From an uncultured Myxococcales bacterium (GTDB lineage: Bacteria; Myxococcota; UBA727; JABDBI01): a DNA stretch of 64,000 nt. Position numbers and translations under genes: made by a program. Under the pieces are notes generated by a model. That model did not search any database. It was not told where the DNA came from and was given only the letters and a program-made list of their open reading frames with translations. The first letter of the stretch is position 1; every line of letters begins with the position of its first letter. The stretch is taken from contig CAZBMJ010000008.1 of the NCBI GenBank assembly GCA_964493205.1, forward strand, positions 1,941-65,940. Reading direction: 5' to 3'. Below are positions 8,744 to 18,525 of the stretch, one piece after another.

Positions 8744-9926
8744 ACTTTTTACTATTTTCTTCTGGTTCAGATTCAAATTTTCTTTTTTTTCCTATGGGAT
8801 TAACATCTTCTGGCATAAAATTATATACTTTTACTTTTTTATCAAAAATAACTATTAAGTTATTATTATAATCATCAAAATAAATTTTTTTAATCTCTTC
8901 ATGGGATTTAATTACTGGCGAAAATTTTTCATCATTTATATGAAATATTTTACATGAATTATCGTCAAATAACAAAGCTAAAAATTTTTTATCTGCCGAT
9001 AAAGAACTTTGTTTCAATTTTTCGTTAGTTACAAACTTTTTTTTATTTTTTTGTATATCATTTTCTCTTATAAAATAGCATTCATAAAAAAAATTTTTTA
9101 ATATAATAACAGCATTATCAACAAAAAAAACGTCAACAATTTTTTTATAACATAATTTCCTATAAAAAATATCATTATCTAATGAAATATTAATGTAATA
9201 ATTATTATTTAAAGAATCAATAAAACAAAAATTATTCTCGTTAAAAACAATATCATCAATATCACCTAATGAATCACATAATTTAGTTTTTATAATAGAA
9301 TAACTTTCTATTGAGTATTTTACTTTTAATAAATCATTTCCATGTTTAATAATAAAATATATTTCATTATTTTCTTTGGAATAAATAGATTTCAAAAAAG
9401 AATCTGCCAAAAACTCTCCTTTTTCTGATATTTCTAATAAGCTATTATTATTCATAACAACAAAATTAATTGTGTATCTGAATAAGTTATTATCATCCTG
9501 AATTAAAGCTATTAAATTATCCCCATAAAATTCAACTAAAAAAACATAATTTTTATATTTATAAATTTTCTTATCTAAGAAATTATATATAAAAAATTTA
9601 TGAATATCGACATCTTCATAAGTAGAATATTTAACAAGTAATTGCGTACTACTACTATTGAAAATAATATCGTCAACATTAAAGCCAGCTTTTAGTTCTT
9701 GTTGAAATAAAATAGTATTAAATTCATCAAATAATAATAATTTCTGTTGATTATTAATATATTCTATGACAGCTCTTTTTTTATTATCATTGCTAATTTT
9801 AAAAAACGAAATAAAAGTGTTTTTTTTATTTGAATCAAGTGAATACTCAAAAACTAAATTTTCATTCACACTAAAACAAAATAAAGACATAAAATAAAAA
9901 AACAAAAACAAAAGGATATTTTTCAT
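8730..9926 (-). CDS. hypothetical exported protein, extremely N/K/I/F-rich, beta-propeller/WD-like repeats possible, basic C-terminal tail
   Basis: Signal-like N-terminus MKNILLFLFFYFMSLFCFS. Repetitive strand-like segments (LSADKKFLALLFDDNSCKIFHI, NLIVIFDKKVKVYNF). Tail GKKRKFESEPEENSKKSKLQ. Confidence 0.5.
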   Translation of the reverse strand: MKNILLFLFFYFMSLFCFSVNENLVFEYSLDSNKKNTFISFFKISNDNKKRAVIEYINNQQKLLLFDEFNTILFQQELKAGFNVDDIIFNSSSTQLLVKYSTYEDVDIHKFFIYNFLDKKIYKYKNYVFLVEFYGDNLIALIQDDNNLFRYTINFVVMNNNSLLEISEKGEFLADSFLKSIYSKENNEIYFIIKHGNDLLKVKYSIESYSIIKTKLCDSLGDIDDIVFNENNFCFIDSLNNNYYINISLDNDIFYRKLCYKKIVDVFFVDNAVIILKNFFYECYFIRENDIQKNKKKFVTNEKLKQSSLSADKKFLALLFDDNSCKIFHINDEKFSPVIKSHEEIKKIYFDDYNNNLIVIFDKKVKVYNFMPEDVNPIGKKRKFESEPEENSKKSKLQ

Positions 9927-10052
9927 AAAGACTCTTTTTTAAAAATTAATTTATTTGCATTACCATATTTTTATAAAAAAAATAGTACCTCCTTTCCAAG
10001 TACTTAAAATGGAGTAAAGATGCTCAATGTTGGCTTTTAGGGGTAAAAATAT

Positions 10053-10901
10053 ATGATTCAAGAATTTATCAACAATATTTCTCAAAAGCTTGAAAGCACA
10101 CTTGATGAAGAAACAAAACAACGAATTGAGCAAATAGCTAAAAGAGAAAAAAATGATTTTGGCGTTGATGAACTTGGTTGCAACCCAAACATTATTAAAT
10201 CATGCGCCCCATTAGGTATTTGGTTTTATAAAAATTATTTTAGAGTTGAAACTTTTGGCGCCCATCATATTCCTAAAGGCAGATGTATGGTCATTGCCAA
10301 TCATTCTGGCCAATTGCCATTTGATGCAGCCATGATTGAAATAGCTTTCATATTAGAAGGTAAATACCCAAGATTATTACGGGGTATGACCGAAAAGTGG
10401 GTTGCAGAAATTCCTTTTATATCAACGCTTTTCTCAAGAATAGGTCAAGTTGTAGGTACACCCTCCACTTGTAAATTTTTATTAGAAAAAGAAGAAGGTG
10501 TGATAGTTTTTCCAGAAGGAGTAAAAGGCATAAGTAAATTATTTTCTGAACGTTATAAACTTGCCAATTTTGGAAGTGGATTTATGCGAATAGCTCTTGC
10601 TTCTAATTCGCCTATTATTCCTGTGGCATTAGTTGGCGCAGAAGAACAAGCCCCTGCTATTGCTAATCTAAGCTCTTTAGCCAAAAACTTTGGGTTACCG
10701 GCACTGCCTTTAGTATTTCCCCAAATACTGCCTTTGCCTCTACCAGTAAAATATCGCATTTATATTGGTGAACCAATGTCATTTAATGGCGATGGCACCG
10801 AAGATGACTACGAAATAAGAAATATGGTAGAAAAAGTGCGTTCAACCATACAGCTTATGCTCAACGATGCTTTGGCCAAAAGAGAACATATCTTTTTTTA
10901 A
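10053..10901 (+). CDS. lysophospholipid/1-acyl-sn-glycerol-3-phosphate acyltransferase family protein (PlsC-like)
   Basis: Acyltransferase block I VIANHSGQLPFD and block III VIVFPEGVKG. Confidence 0.7.
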   Translation: MIQEFINNISQKLESTLDEETKQRIEQIAKREKNDFGVDELGCNPNIIKSCAPLGIWFYKNYFRVETFGAHHIPKGRCMVIANHSGQLPFDAAMIEIAFILEGKYPRLLRGMTEKWVAEIPFISTLFSRIGQVVGTPSTCKFLLEKEEGVIVFPEGVKGISKLFSERYKLANFGSGFMRIALASNSPIIPVALVGAEEQAPAIANLSSLAKNFGLPALPLVFPQILPLPLPVKYRIYIGEPMSFNGDGTEDDYEIRNMVEKVRSTIQLMLNDALAKREHIFF

Positions 10902-11455
10902 GGCAAATCAGAATAACCAATAATTGCTTGTTCTAGCAATAGGTTTGATTTGAGTTCTATTTTTTGAACCATAAATAAACCTTCATTGATCATTGGCAGT
11001 ATTATTTTGGTTATTTGATTATTATCAGTTTCAACAATGATACCACTACGATCAGGAGCAAAATTAAAACGACCTCTATCATCCCAATCCAAAAAACATG
11101 CCATGCCTGCTGCTGGAGGAAGTTTTCCGCCTCTTGGAACATACAATCCCTGACGTTTTAAAAAGTGCATTAAATTAACTGAAGAACGATAAAAATATGC
11201 TCTATCAGGGCTATTAGCTCCGCCCCCTATTTTTTTATAACCGCTTTCATCTTTTGCATAATCTTTTTCTAAAGCATCTTTCAGCCAAGGAGCACCAGCA
11301 ACCATTACAACATCTATGGCACATAAAGGAGAATGAACCGCATCAAAGTCATCATTTACGCATTGTTCCACTAAGCCTTGAGCAATTAATACTATTTGCT
11401 CACGTCGATTTTTTCTCGCTTGACTAGCCTGAGTAGTATGATCATTTTTTTCCAC
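10898..11455 (-). CDS. hypothetical protein
   Basis: 185-aa ORF with normal composition, convergent with the acyltransferase gene. There is only a vague resemblance to papain-like NlpC/CHAP folds (AGMACFLDWDD...DRSGIIVE), which is not sufficient for a call. Confidence 0.45.
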   Translation of the reverse strand: MEKNDHTTQASQARKNRREQIVLIAQGLVEQCVNDDFDAVHSPLCAIDVVMVAGAPWLKDALEKDYAKDESGYKKIGGGANSPDRAYFYRSSVNLMHFLKRQGLYVPRGGKLPPAAGMACFLDWDDRGRFNFAPDRSGIIVETDNNQITKIILPMINEGLFMVQKIELKSNLLLEQAIIGYSDLP

Positions 11456-11487
11456 AAATTTGCACCAAAATGAATTTTACTTATATT

Positions 11488-12315
11488 TTAACATAACGGA
11501 CGAATAATAAAAGCATAAATACAAGTCCAAGGTAAAACAGTTAACAAAGCATCAATTCTATCAAGAATACCGCCATGCCCAGGAAGTATACCAGATGAAT
11601 CTTTAACATTATAAAAACGTTTTAAGCGGCTTTCGATTAAATCTCCCAGAGGCGCTAAAAATATTACGGGCATACAAATCCATAAGGTATCTGACAAATT
11701 AATAGTAAAAATAGAAGAAGGCCATAATTTAGTACTGCAAAAAGATATTACCACACTTAAAAACACGGTAAAAAAAGCTCCTCCCATAAAACCTTCCCAC
11801 GTTTTCTTTTGACTTACCGATATAAACAATGGTCTTTTGCCTATTAATCTGCCGGTAAAATAGGCGAAGGAATCATTAAGCCAAGTAGCGATACACGCCA
11901 TAAAAGTAAATGAAATACCTAATGAAAAACTTTGTAACCAAACAATACATGCTAAAGCGATAAAAACATAAAAACAAAAAAAATAAGCGGTGCAGATTCT
12001 TTCAAAATCCTTAACATCTATTTTTACAGAAAATAAAGTTATGACCTGCACAATAAAAAAACTTATAAAAATAATTAACCAGCCCACTATAGATTCAAAT
12101 AAAAGTGCTAAGGGCAAAAATAACAATACAACCAACAAATAAGGTAAATATGTATGAGAATTTTTTGGATAAACTATATCAAATATCTCTTTTGAAACTA
12201 ATAATGCTACTATACTCAGTAAGCCAAGCAATAAAAAATCGCCAAAATAAATTGCACTAATCACCAATGGTATAAGAAATAAAGCAGTTAAAACTCTTAA
12301 AAATAAATTACTCAC
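11488..12315 (-). CDS. cdsA: phosphatidate cytidylyltransferase (CDP-diglyceride synthase)
   Basis: Polytopic membrane protein with the CdsA signature S-x-L-K-R-x4-K-D-x5-P-G-H-G-G-x-L-D-R-x-D (ESRLKRFYNVKDSSGILPGHGGILDRIDAL). Confidence 0.9.
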   Translation of the reverse strand: MSNLFLRVLTALFLIPLVISAIYFGDFLLLGLLSIVALLVSKEIFDIVYPKNSHTYLPYLLVVLLFLPLALLFESIVGWLIIFISFFIVQVITLFSVKIDVKDFERICTAYFFCFYVFIALACIVWLQSFSLGISFTFMACIATWLNDSFAYFTGRLIGKRPLFISVSQKKTWEGFMGGAFFTVFLSVVISFCSTKLWPSSIFTINLSDTLWICMPVIFLAPLGDLIESRLKRFYNVKDSSGILPGHGGILDRIDALLTVLPWTCIYAFIIRPLC

Positions 12316-13051
12316 AATTGAAATCCTGTTCTTTTAAACGACCAAACCTTCTTTTTCTTTGGTAATAACTCTTAATGGCACAATCTAAATCATGTCTAGT
12401 AAAATCAGGCCATAAAATTTTTGAAAAATAAAATTCAGTATAACTAAGCTGAAAAAGTAAAAAATTAGACAAACGCAACTCACCGCTGGTGCGTATGAAC
12501 AAATCGGGATTTGGTATATTTTTAGTATCCAAATAACTCGCAAATAAATTTTTATTAATATCTTTTATAGTAATTTCTTGCGTAATACTTTTTTGAGCTA
12601 TTACAGAACAAGCTCGTGCAATTTCATCATGGCTGCCATAAGATAAAGCCAAAATTATAGTAAAATTTTGTAGATTTTTAGTTTTTTCAACTAAATTTAA
12701 AATACGATCCTTAATTTGTATAGGAAAATTTTCTAAGTCACCAATCGCTACTATTCTTACACCATTTTTAATAAAGTCATTAATATTATGTTCTAAATAA
12801 TGATCTAATAAAGATAGTAAACAATCAACTTCATCTTTTGGTCTAAACCAATTTTCAGAAGAAAAAGCATAAAGTGATAAATATTTGATACCAATTTCTT
12901 TGCAATGAGCGGCTATGTTATTTAAGGTATAAACACCTTGTTTATGTCCTTCACTACGTTTTAGACCCCTACGAAGAGCCCAACGACCATTGCCATCCAT
13001 TATAATGGCTATATGCTTAATAGTTATTTTTTTATTTTTAATAGTAGTCAT
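12308..13051 (-). CDS. uppS: di-trans,poly-cis-undecaprenyl-diphosphate synthase
   Basis: HIAIIMDGNGRWA, FSSENWFRP, IRTSGELRLSNFLLFQLSYTEFYF. 8-nt overlap with cdsA. Confidence 0.92.
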   Translation of the reverse strand: MTTIKNKKITIKHIAIIMDGNGRWALRRGLKRSEGHKQGVYTLNNIAAHCKEIGIKYLSLYAFSSENWFRPKDEVDCLLSLLDHYLEHNINDFIKNGVRIVAIGDLENFPIQIKDRILNLVEKTKNLQNFTIILALSYGSHDEIARACSVIAQKSITQEITIKDINKNLFASYLDTKNIPNPDLFIRTSGELRLSNFLLFQLSYTEFYFSKILWPDFTRHDLDCAIKSYYQRKRRFGRLKEQDFNCE

Positions 13052-13061
13052 AGTAATAAAT

Positions 13062-13682
13062 TTATTTAAATAATTTTTTAAAAATGCTTAACAAATCATC
13101 TGTTAAGAGAAAAAAATTATGGTTAAGATCAAAAAAAGTTATCGCGATTTTAGTAATATCAGAATCCATGAAATTAATACCATAATTATTAAGTTCTTTT
13201 ATCAAGAATTGATCATTTTCAGTAAGCTGTTCTAATACTGAAAAAGGAAAATGTATATCAATAAAAAAACAATTTTTAATTTTCGCTAAGTTTTCTTGCT
13301 TTAATTTTTCTAATAATTGCTCATCTATTATAGATAAACTTATTTGTTCAGCTGCAAAAGAAGATATTTCGTTTATTGCTATAGCTTCAGCTAAAGCTTG
13401 TTTATGCCATTCATAACAAAAAAATAATATTTTTAATAAATTACTATTAATCTGTTTTTTATACGAATATTTATAAATACAATAAGAATATAAAATTTTA
13501 TTATTAATAGAGTTTTTTATAATATTCTTAATAATATTTTTATTGTAAAAAAAATCGTGCTTTAATTTATTATTTTCGTCAAAAATACTATCAGATAAAA
13601 ATATATTATTCGGATACATTGATAATGTTTTATAAAAAAACCAATTTTTATATCCATTATTTACACTGATCAATTTAGCCAT
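13062..13682 (-). CDS. hypothetical protein (very AT-rich orphan)
   Basis: 206-aa ORF tightly packed between uppS and the upstream ORF. No family recognised. Confidence 0.4.
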   Translation of the reverse strand: MAKLISVNNGYKNWFFYKTLSMYPNNIFLSDSIFDENNKLKHDFFYNKNIIKNIIKNSINNKILYSYCIYKYSYKKQINSNLLKILFFCYEWHKQALAEAIAINEISSFAAEQISLSIIDEQLLEKLKQENLAKIKNCFFIDIHFPFSVLEQLTENDQFLIKELNNYGINFMDSDITKIAITFFDLNHNFFLLTDDLLSIFKKLFK

Positions 13683-13690
13683 TTTAAACT

Positions 13691-14182
13691 CTAACTAATA
13701 ACTTTAAAAAGATTTTTTAATTCTGCTAATTGTGTACTAATTTGAGCATCAATAATACTTTTATTAGCTTTTACTATAATAGAACCACGTAAAAGATTTT
13801 CATCTTCCAATAAAGTTATTTTTCTAGCAAATGAGCAGCCTCTTGTAATATCTGTCAAATTAGCACTTAAAATAGTAATGTCTTTTGGATGAGCATATAC
13901 TTCTACGCCAGTATGTTCAGAGATATTTTTCAGTGCTTTTAATAAAATATCAATAATAATATTAGGATTATTCTTGATGCACTCTTCAATCAATATTTTG
14001 GTAGTATCAAGCACTAGATCCATCTTTAATTCTTTAATTTTTTTATTCAGCCGTTCCATTTTGTTTTGCAAATCAATAAACTGACCATCAGCATCATTTT
14101 GAGCTTTATCACAAGATTTTTTAAAGGCTAAAAAATTTTTCTTAGCCAATTTATATCTTATATTACTAATAACCTCACTCAT
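13691..14182 (-). CDS. coiled-coil protein with FliH/SctL/V-ATPase-E-like C-terminal region
   Basis: N-terminal coiled coil. The C-terminus VEVYAHPKDITIL...LLEDENLLRGSIIVKANKSIIDAQISTQLAELKNLF resembles the FliH/YscL/E-subunit tail (v.v.v.P.D...l.....D..l..GG..ie...g.iDa.i...l..l). Confidence 0.35.
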   Translation of the reverse strand: MSEVISNIRYKLAKKNFLAFKKSCDKAQNDADGQFIDLQNKMERLNKKIKELKMDLVLDTTKILIEECIKNNPNIIIDILLKALKNISEHTGVEVYAHPKDITILSANLTDITRGCSFARKITLLEDENLLRGSIIVKANKSIIDAQISTQLAELKNLFKVIS

Positions 14183-14783
14183 AGGTTATTAAATCATCTG
14201 TATTATCCATATTATTTGATTGAGTTTTTGCTTCGTCAAATAACTCATTTTTTTCAGGAGCATTTGAGCTTGAGTCTGGAGATTCTTCTGAGGGCTCTTT
14301 TTTAATCTCAATTTTTTCAGTTTCGTTAGGCATAGGTTCTTGAGGAACTTTTTCTTCTAGCTTTATTTCTTCTTTAATTTCTTCTCTAATGTCTTGTTTT
14401 AGGGGTTCTTTATCCAATTTAACGCTATCGTCTTTTTTCCCAAATAAGCCAGTTATTTCTGGGACTATTTTGCTTTTTGGGTAATTCCTTAAAAAATAGT
14501 CAGCTAATGAACGAGCCTGCTCTGTTTGAGATACTTCTAGCATCCAATTAATTACTTTTAAATAAATATCGTCCATTGAATGATGGTAAGGCTCTCTTTT
14601 GATAAAATTATCGAGCACTAAAATGGCCGCTTGCACTTCGCCCATATTATAAAGCGCCACAGCTTCGTGCTTAGACATTTCTATTCGTTCTTTTTGAGAA
14701 AGATTTTTATAGGTTACATTGGTAGTTTTACAAGACAAAAGTAAAAAAAGACTTAAGACCGCTATTTTTTTAAGACCTAACAT
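14175..14783 (-). CDS. lipoprotein with TPR-like region (BamD/YbgF-like) and acidic C-terminal tail
   Basis: Lipobox LLLSC. ALYNMGEVQAAILVLDNFIKREPYHH...ADYFLRNYPKSK resembles a TPR/BamD-like motif. E/K/P-rich tail. Confidence 0.45.
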   Translation of the reverse strand: MLGLKKIAVLSLFLLLSCKTTNVTYKNLSQKERIEMSKHEAVALYNMGEVQAAILVLDNFIKREPYHHSMDDIYLKVINWMLEVSQTEQARSLADYFLRNYPKSKIVPEITGLFGKKDDSVKLDKEPLKQDIREEIKEEIKLEEKVPQEPMPNETEKIEIKKEPSEESPDSSSNAPEKNELFDEAKTQSNNMDNTDDLITYE

Positions 14784-14802
14784 AATAAAAATTATTCCTT
14801 TT

Positions 14803-15267
14803 TTAAAATCTAAAAATCATAAAACAGCATACTAAAGCATAAAATGCTGCCATTACATCATCAAGCATAATACCCCATTCTTTAGGAAAAGATTTCTCTG
14901 TTTGCTTAATAGGCCATGGTTTCACAATATCAAACAACCTAAACAATAAAAAAGCTACAATTACTTCCCACCAATTAGGTAATAATACTAAAAAAACTAT
15001 TCCTTGGCCTACTACTTCATCAATAACCACTTGTTTAGGATCTAAGTTTTTATAATAAACTATGGCATAAGAACTAGCCCATAGCCCTAGAATAAATAAA
15101 AAAGCTAATAATAAAATTTTGATATACAAAGGAAAAAAATATAAAGCAGGAACCCAAATTATTAAAGAGCCCAGGCTCCCAATGGTTCCAGGTGCAAATT
15201 TGCTTCTTCCACAATAAAAAAATTCGGCTATTAACATTGCAAGTTTTTGCTTACTAAAAAAGGGCAT
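14803..15267 (-). CDS. pgpA: phosphatidylglycerophosphatase A
   Basis: PgpA pattern: APGTIGSLGS, RLFDIVKPWPI, WGIMLDDVMAAFYA. Confidence 0.85.
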   Translation of the reverse strand: MPFFSKQKLAMLIAEFFYCGRSKFAPGTIGSLGSLIIWVPALYFFPLYIKILLLAFLFILGLWASSYAIVYYKNLDPKQVVIDEVVGQGIVFLVLLPNWWEVIVAFLLFRLFDIVKPWPIKQTEKSFPKEWGIMLDDVMAAFYALVCCFMIFRF

Positions 15268-15277
15268 ATAAAACCTT

Positions 15278-15309
15278 TAAAAAAAATAAGCAGAGATAAA
15301 GACTCTGCT
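15278..15309 (-). terminator. rho-independent terminator downstream of ftsZ
   Basis: 7-bp stem AGCAGAG/CTCTGCT (15289..15295 / 15303..15309) with a 7-nt loop. On the minus strand it is followed by a T-run (complement of the A-rich run at 15278..15288). Confidence 0.7.
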
Positions 15310-15332
15310 TTTTGTGTATTTAATCAAGTTCT

Positions 15333-16595
15333 TTAATCATCTCTTCTTAAAAAAGCAGGTATATCATATTCGTCATCTTTTTTATTACTTATACTAGTCT
15401 CTTCAATTGGATCTAATATAGGTATCTTTGGTTTAATAACTGGATTCGAAGGATACTGCGTTGCAGCACTCCTAGAAAAAGTTGGGTAAGTACTCAAATT
15501 AGGTTCAATGGAATCTTTTTTGTTAAAGCCTTTTCTAATAAAAGTTGGTACTTCCTTAGAAAAATTTCCATGATTAGTTTGAGGTACATACGAAGGCACT
15601 ATTGTTTGATAAGAATTTTCTATTTTCTTTTGATTTTTATTTTGTTCAAACCCAGTAGCTATAACCGTAATAGAAACTTCTTCGTCTTTATCAGAATCAA
15701 CCACATAACCAAAAATAATATTAGCATCTTCATGAGCTGCATCTGTAATAAGTTCTATAGCAGAATTAACTTCATGCAATGTTAATGATGGACCACCAGT
15801 AACATTTACCAAAATACCCATAGCCCCTTCTACAGAAACATCTTCTAATAATGGACTAGAAATAGCTTTTCTGGCAGCTTCAATGGCTCTATTTTCACCA
15901 GTGGCTGTCCCAATGCCCATGAGTGCCATGCCCTGATCACTCATAACCGATATAGCATCAGCAAAGTCTACATTTACAATACCTTGCTGAGTAATAATAT
16001 CACTAATACCTTTTACAGCATTAAACAAAACTTGATCAGCCATTCTAAAAGCATCAAGCATTGAAGTTTTTTCATCTGCCAATTGCAATAAACGATTATT
16101 AGGAACTACTATAAGAGTATCTACGGCTTGCTTTAGAGTTTCTACACCTTTTTCAGCTTGTTTTCTTCTGCGATTACCTTCAAATAAAAATGGTTTAGTT
16201 ACCACTCCTACTGTTAGAGCGCCTAGCCTTCTAGCAACATCAGCAATAATTGGCGCGGCCCCTGTACCAGTTCCTCCGCCCATACCTGCAGCTATAAAAA
16301 CCATATCTGCACCAAGTAAAAGCTCTTCAATTCTATCAATACTTTCTTTAGCAGCACTTGCTCCTATTTCTGGTTTAGCTCCAGCACCCAAACCTTTGGT
16401 GCATCCTTGTCCTAATTGCAACTTTATTTCTGCAGAATTAGCATCAAGGGCTTGGCAATCAGTATTAGCTACCATAAATTCAACACTAGAGATGCCACGT
16501 TCAATCATGTTGTTAATAGCATTACCACCGCCACCGCCAACGCCAATAACTTTAATTCTAGGCCCTCTTTCTTGTATTTCGTCAAATTCTATCAT
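15333..16595 (-). CDS. ftsZ: cell division GTPase FtsZ
   Basis: [17 protein letters not shown], tubulin signature [25 protein letters not shown]. Variable tail ending DIPAFLRR. Confidence 0.98.
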   Translation of the reverse strand: MIEFDEIQERGPRIKVIGVGGGGGNAINNMIERGISSVEFMVANTDCQALDANSAEIKLQLGQGCTKGLGAGAKPEIGASAAKESIDRIEELLLGADMVFIAAGMGGGTGTGAAPIIADVARRLGALTVGVVTKPFLFEGNRRRKQAEKGVETLKQAVDTLIVVPNNRLLQLADEKTSMLDAFRMADQVLFNAVKGISDIITQQGIVNVDFADAISVMSDQGMALMGIGTATGENRAIEAARKAISSPLLEDVSVEGAMGILVNVTGGPSLTLHEVNSAIELITDAAHEDANIIFGYVVDSDKDEEVSITVIATGFEQNKNQKKIENSYQTIVPSYVPQTNHGNFSKEVPTFIRKGFNKKDSIEPNLSTYPTFSRSAATQYPSNPVIKPKIPILDPIEETSISNKKDDEYDIPAFLRRDD

Positions 16596-16651
16596 TGTGA
16601 AGCCTCCCCATTTCTTTAATATGTGTCATAAATAAAACTTTTTCAACTAAA

Positions 16652-17887
16652 CTAAATTATATCATTAAACCAATCGCTCACTTTACGGCGTATTTTTATA
16701 TAAATATTCTCGCTTTTATTCATAAAGTGCTTACGTTCACCATTTTTTGAACCATATAGTACTAATCCAACAGCGGTAGCATAGGTAGGACTTTTTACAA
16801 CATCCATTAAACCACCTACTCCTTTTGGAACTCCTAATCTAGCTGGAAGACCTGTAATTTCTTCTGCTACTTCTGTAATTCCAGGAAGCAGTGAAGAACC
16901 ACCGGTAATAACTATACCAGAAGCTAGTAATTCCATAAGGCCTGAATTATTTATTTCCCGGGTAATAAGCTCAAAAGTTTCTTTAACTCTTGGACTAAGT
17001 ATTTCTGCTAAGATTTGTCTTTTCAACAATCTATCAGGCCTATTGCCAATGCTTGGTACTTCTATTTCCTCGTTTAAATAATCAGCATTGGGGCTAGCTG
17101 CACCATATCTTTTTTTTATTTCTTCAGCACTCTGCTGAGGCGTTCTTAAACCAATGGCTATGTCATTAGTAAAATGTTGCCCACCAACAGCAATCACTGA
17201 TGTATATTGAATACTCCCATTTAAAAATATTGCTATATCTGTAGTACCTCCTCCAATATCAACCAAAACTACACCTAGATCTTTTTCATCCTCTCCTAAA
17301 ACAGCATAAGATGAAGCAAGCTGCTCAAGCACAATGTCACTCACTGAAATACCGCATTTTTGAGTGCATTTAACAATGTTTTGAGCTGAACTTATAGAAC
17401 CAGTAACAATATGTGCGCTACATTCAAGCCTAACACCAGACATTCCCAAAGGCTCTTTAATTCCTTCTTGCCCATCAATTATGTATTCTTTAGGCAAAAT
17501 ATGAAATACTTCTCTATCCATTGGGATAGCGACAGCGCCAGCCGCGTCAATAACTTTCTCAATATCGCTTAACTTTATTTCGCCTTCTTTGACAGCAACC
17601 ATTCCTCGGCTATTAATCCCTCGAATATGACTACCAGCAATTCCCACATACACAGATGTTATAGGATAAGAACAATTTTTTTGAGCCTCACTTAGAGCCT
17701 TTTTAATAGACTGCACAGTGCTTTCTATATTTATTATTACGCCTTTTCTTAGACCATGGGATGCACTTGAGCCTATGGCACAAATTTCAATAATGCCATT
17801 TTCTTTAGAAAGGCCTACGATAGCACACACTTTAGTCGTACCAATATCAAGACCTACTATAACTGAATCCTTTTTAGCTCGCGCCAT
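16652..17887 (-). CDS. ftsA: cell division protein FtsA
   Basis: Actin-fold motifs VGLDIGTTKVCAIVG, VLVDIGGGTTDIAIF, IVITGGSS. Immediately upstream of ftsZ. Confidence 0.97.
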   Translation of the reverse strand: MARAKKDSVIVGLDIGTTKVCAIVGLSKENGIIEICAIGSSASHGLRKGVIINIESTVQSIKKALSEAQKNCSYPITSVYVGIAGSHIRGINSRGMVAVKEGEIKLSDIEKVIDAAGAVAIPMDREVFHILPKEYIIDGQEGIKEPLGMSGVRLECSAHIVTGSISSAQNIVKCTQKCGISVSDIVLEQLASSYAVLGEDEKDLGVVLVDIGGGTTDIAIFLNGSIQYTSVIAVGGQHFTNDIAIGLRTPQQSAEEIKKRYGAASPNADYLNEEIEVPSIGNRPDRLLKRQILAEILSPRVKETFELITREINNSGLMELLASGIVITGGSSLLPGITEVAEEITGLPARLGVPKGVGGLMDVVKSPTYATAVGLVLYGSKNGERKHFMNKSENIYIKIRRKVSDWFNDII

Positions 17888-18083
17888 CTATTCTTCCAAA
17901 GAGCAAAAGTTATCTCCAAAGTAAAAACATGTATGTTTCTTATCTAAACAACAAAAAAAAACCAACAGCCTAAACGTGATTATTGTTAAAAAATATGCTT
18001 TTCATTAACTATTATTAAACACTCAATAAGCTTTTAGCAATTAATCTTGAATAAAAATTTTATTCTAACAGTTAATAAGTATC

Positions 18084-18503
18084 ATGAAAAAAAAATTAAA
18101 TTTATTTTTAAGCTTTATTTTATTACTTATTACAAGTTGCAATAAAAATTTACCTTACAATACTTCTAGGGAGCACGCTATGCAAGTAAACTTTTATGAA
18201 TCGTTAGAAGGATATGAAGTAATATTTATCCTACGTTCACAAAGCGTAAAACAAAGAGATAAAGACATACCGCTAGATTTTTATGTTTTAGGTAAAATTG
18301 CTGATGGGCAATTTATAGCCACAAGCGAAGTATTAGGACAAGGAGAGCTAGCAACTAAGGGCCGAAAAGGTTGGCTTGAGTTAAATAGTAAGGAATTTTT
18401 TCCCGAAGAATCTGGCCGCAGAGCTCAAACACCATTTGTTAGCGGCTACATGACTGATAGAGGCTTTGTGCCATCAAAAAGAGAAATTGCTATATCCCCA
18501 TAA
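18084..18503 (+). CDS. hypothetical lipoprotein
   Basis: Lipobox LLITSC after a basic N-terminus. No family recognised. Confidence 0.5.
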   Translation: MKKKLNLFLSFILLLITSCNKNLPYNTSREHAMQVNFYESLEGYEVIFILRSQSVKQRDKDIPLDFYVLGKIADGQFIATSEVLGQGELATKGRKGWLELNSKEFFPEESGRRAQTPFVSGYMTDRGFVPSKREIAISP

Positions 18504-18525
18504 AACTTTAGCAAAAGAGTTATTC

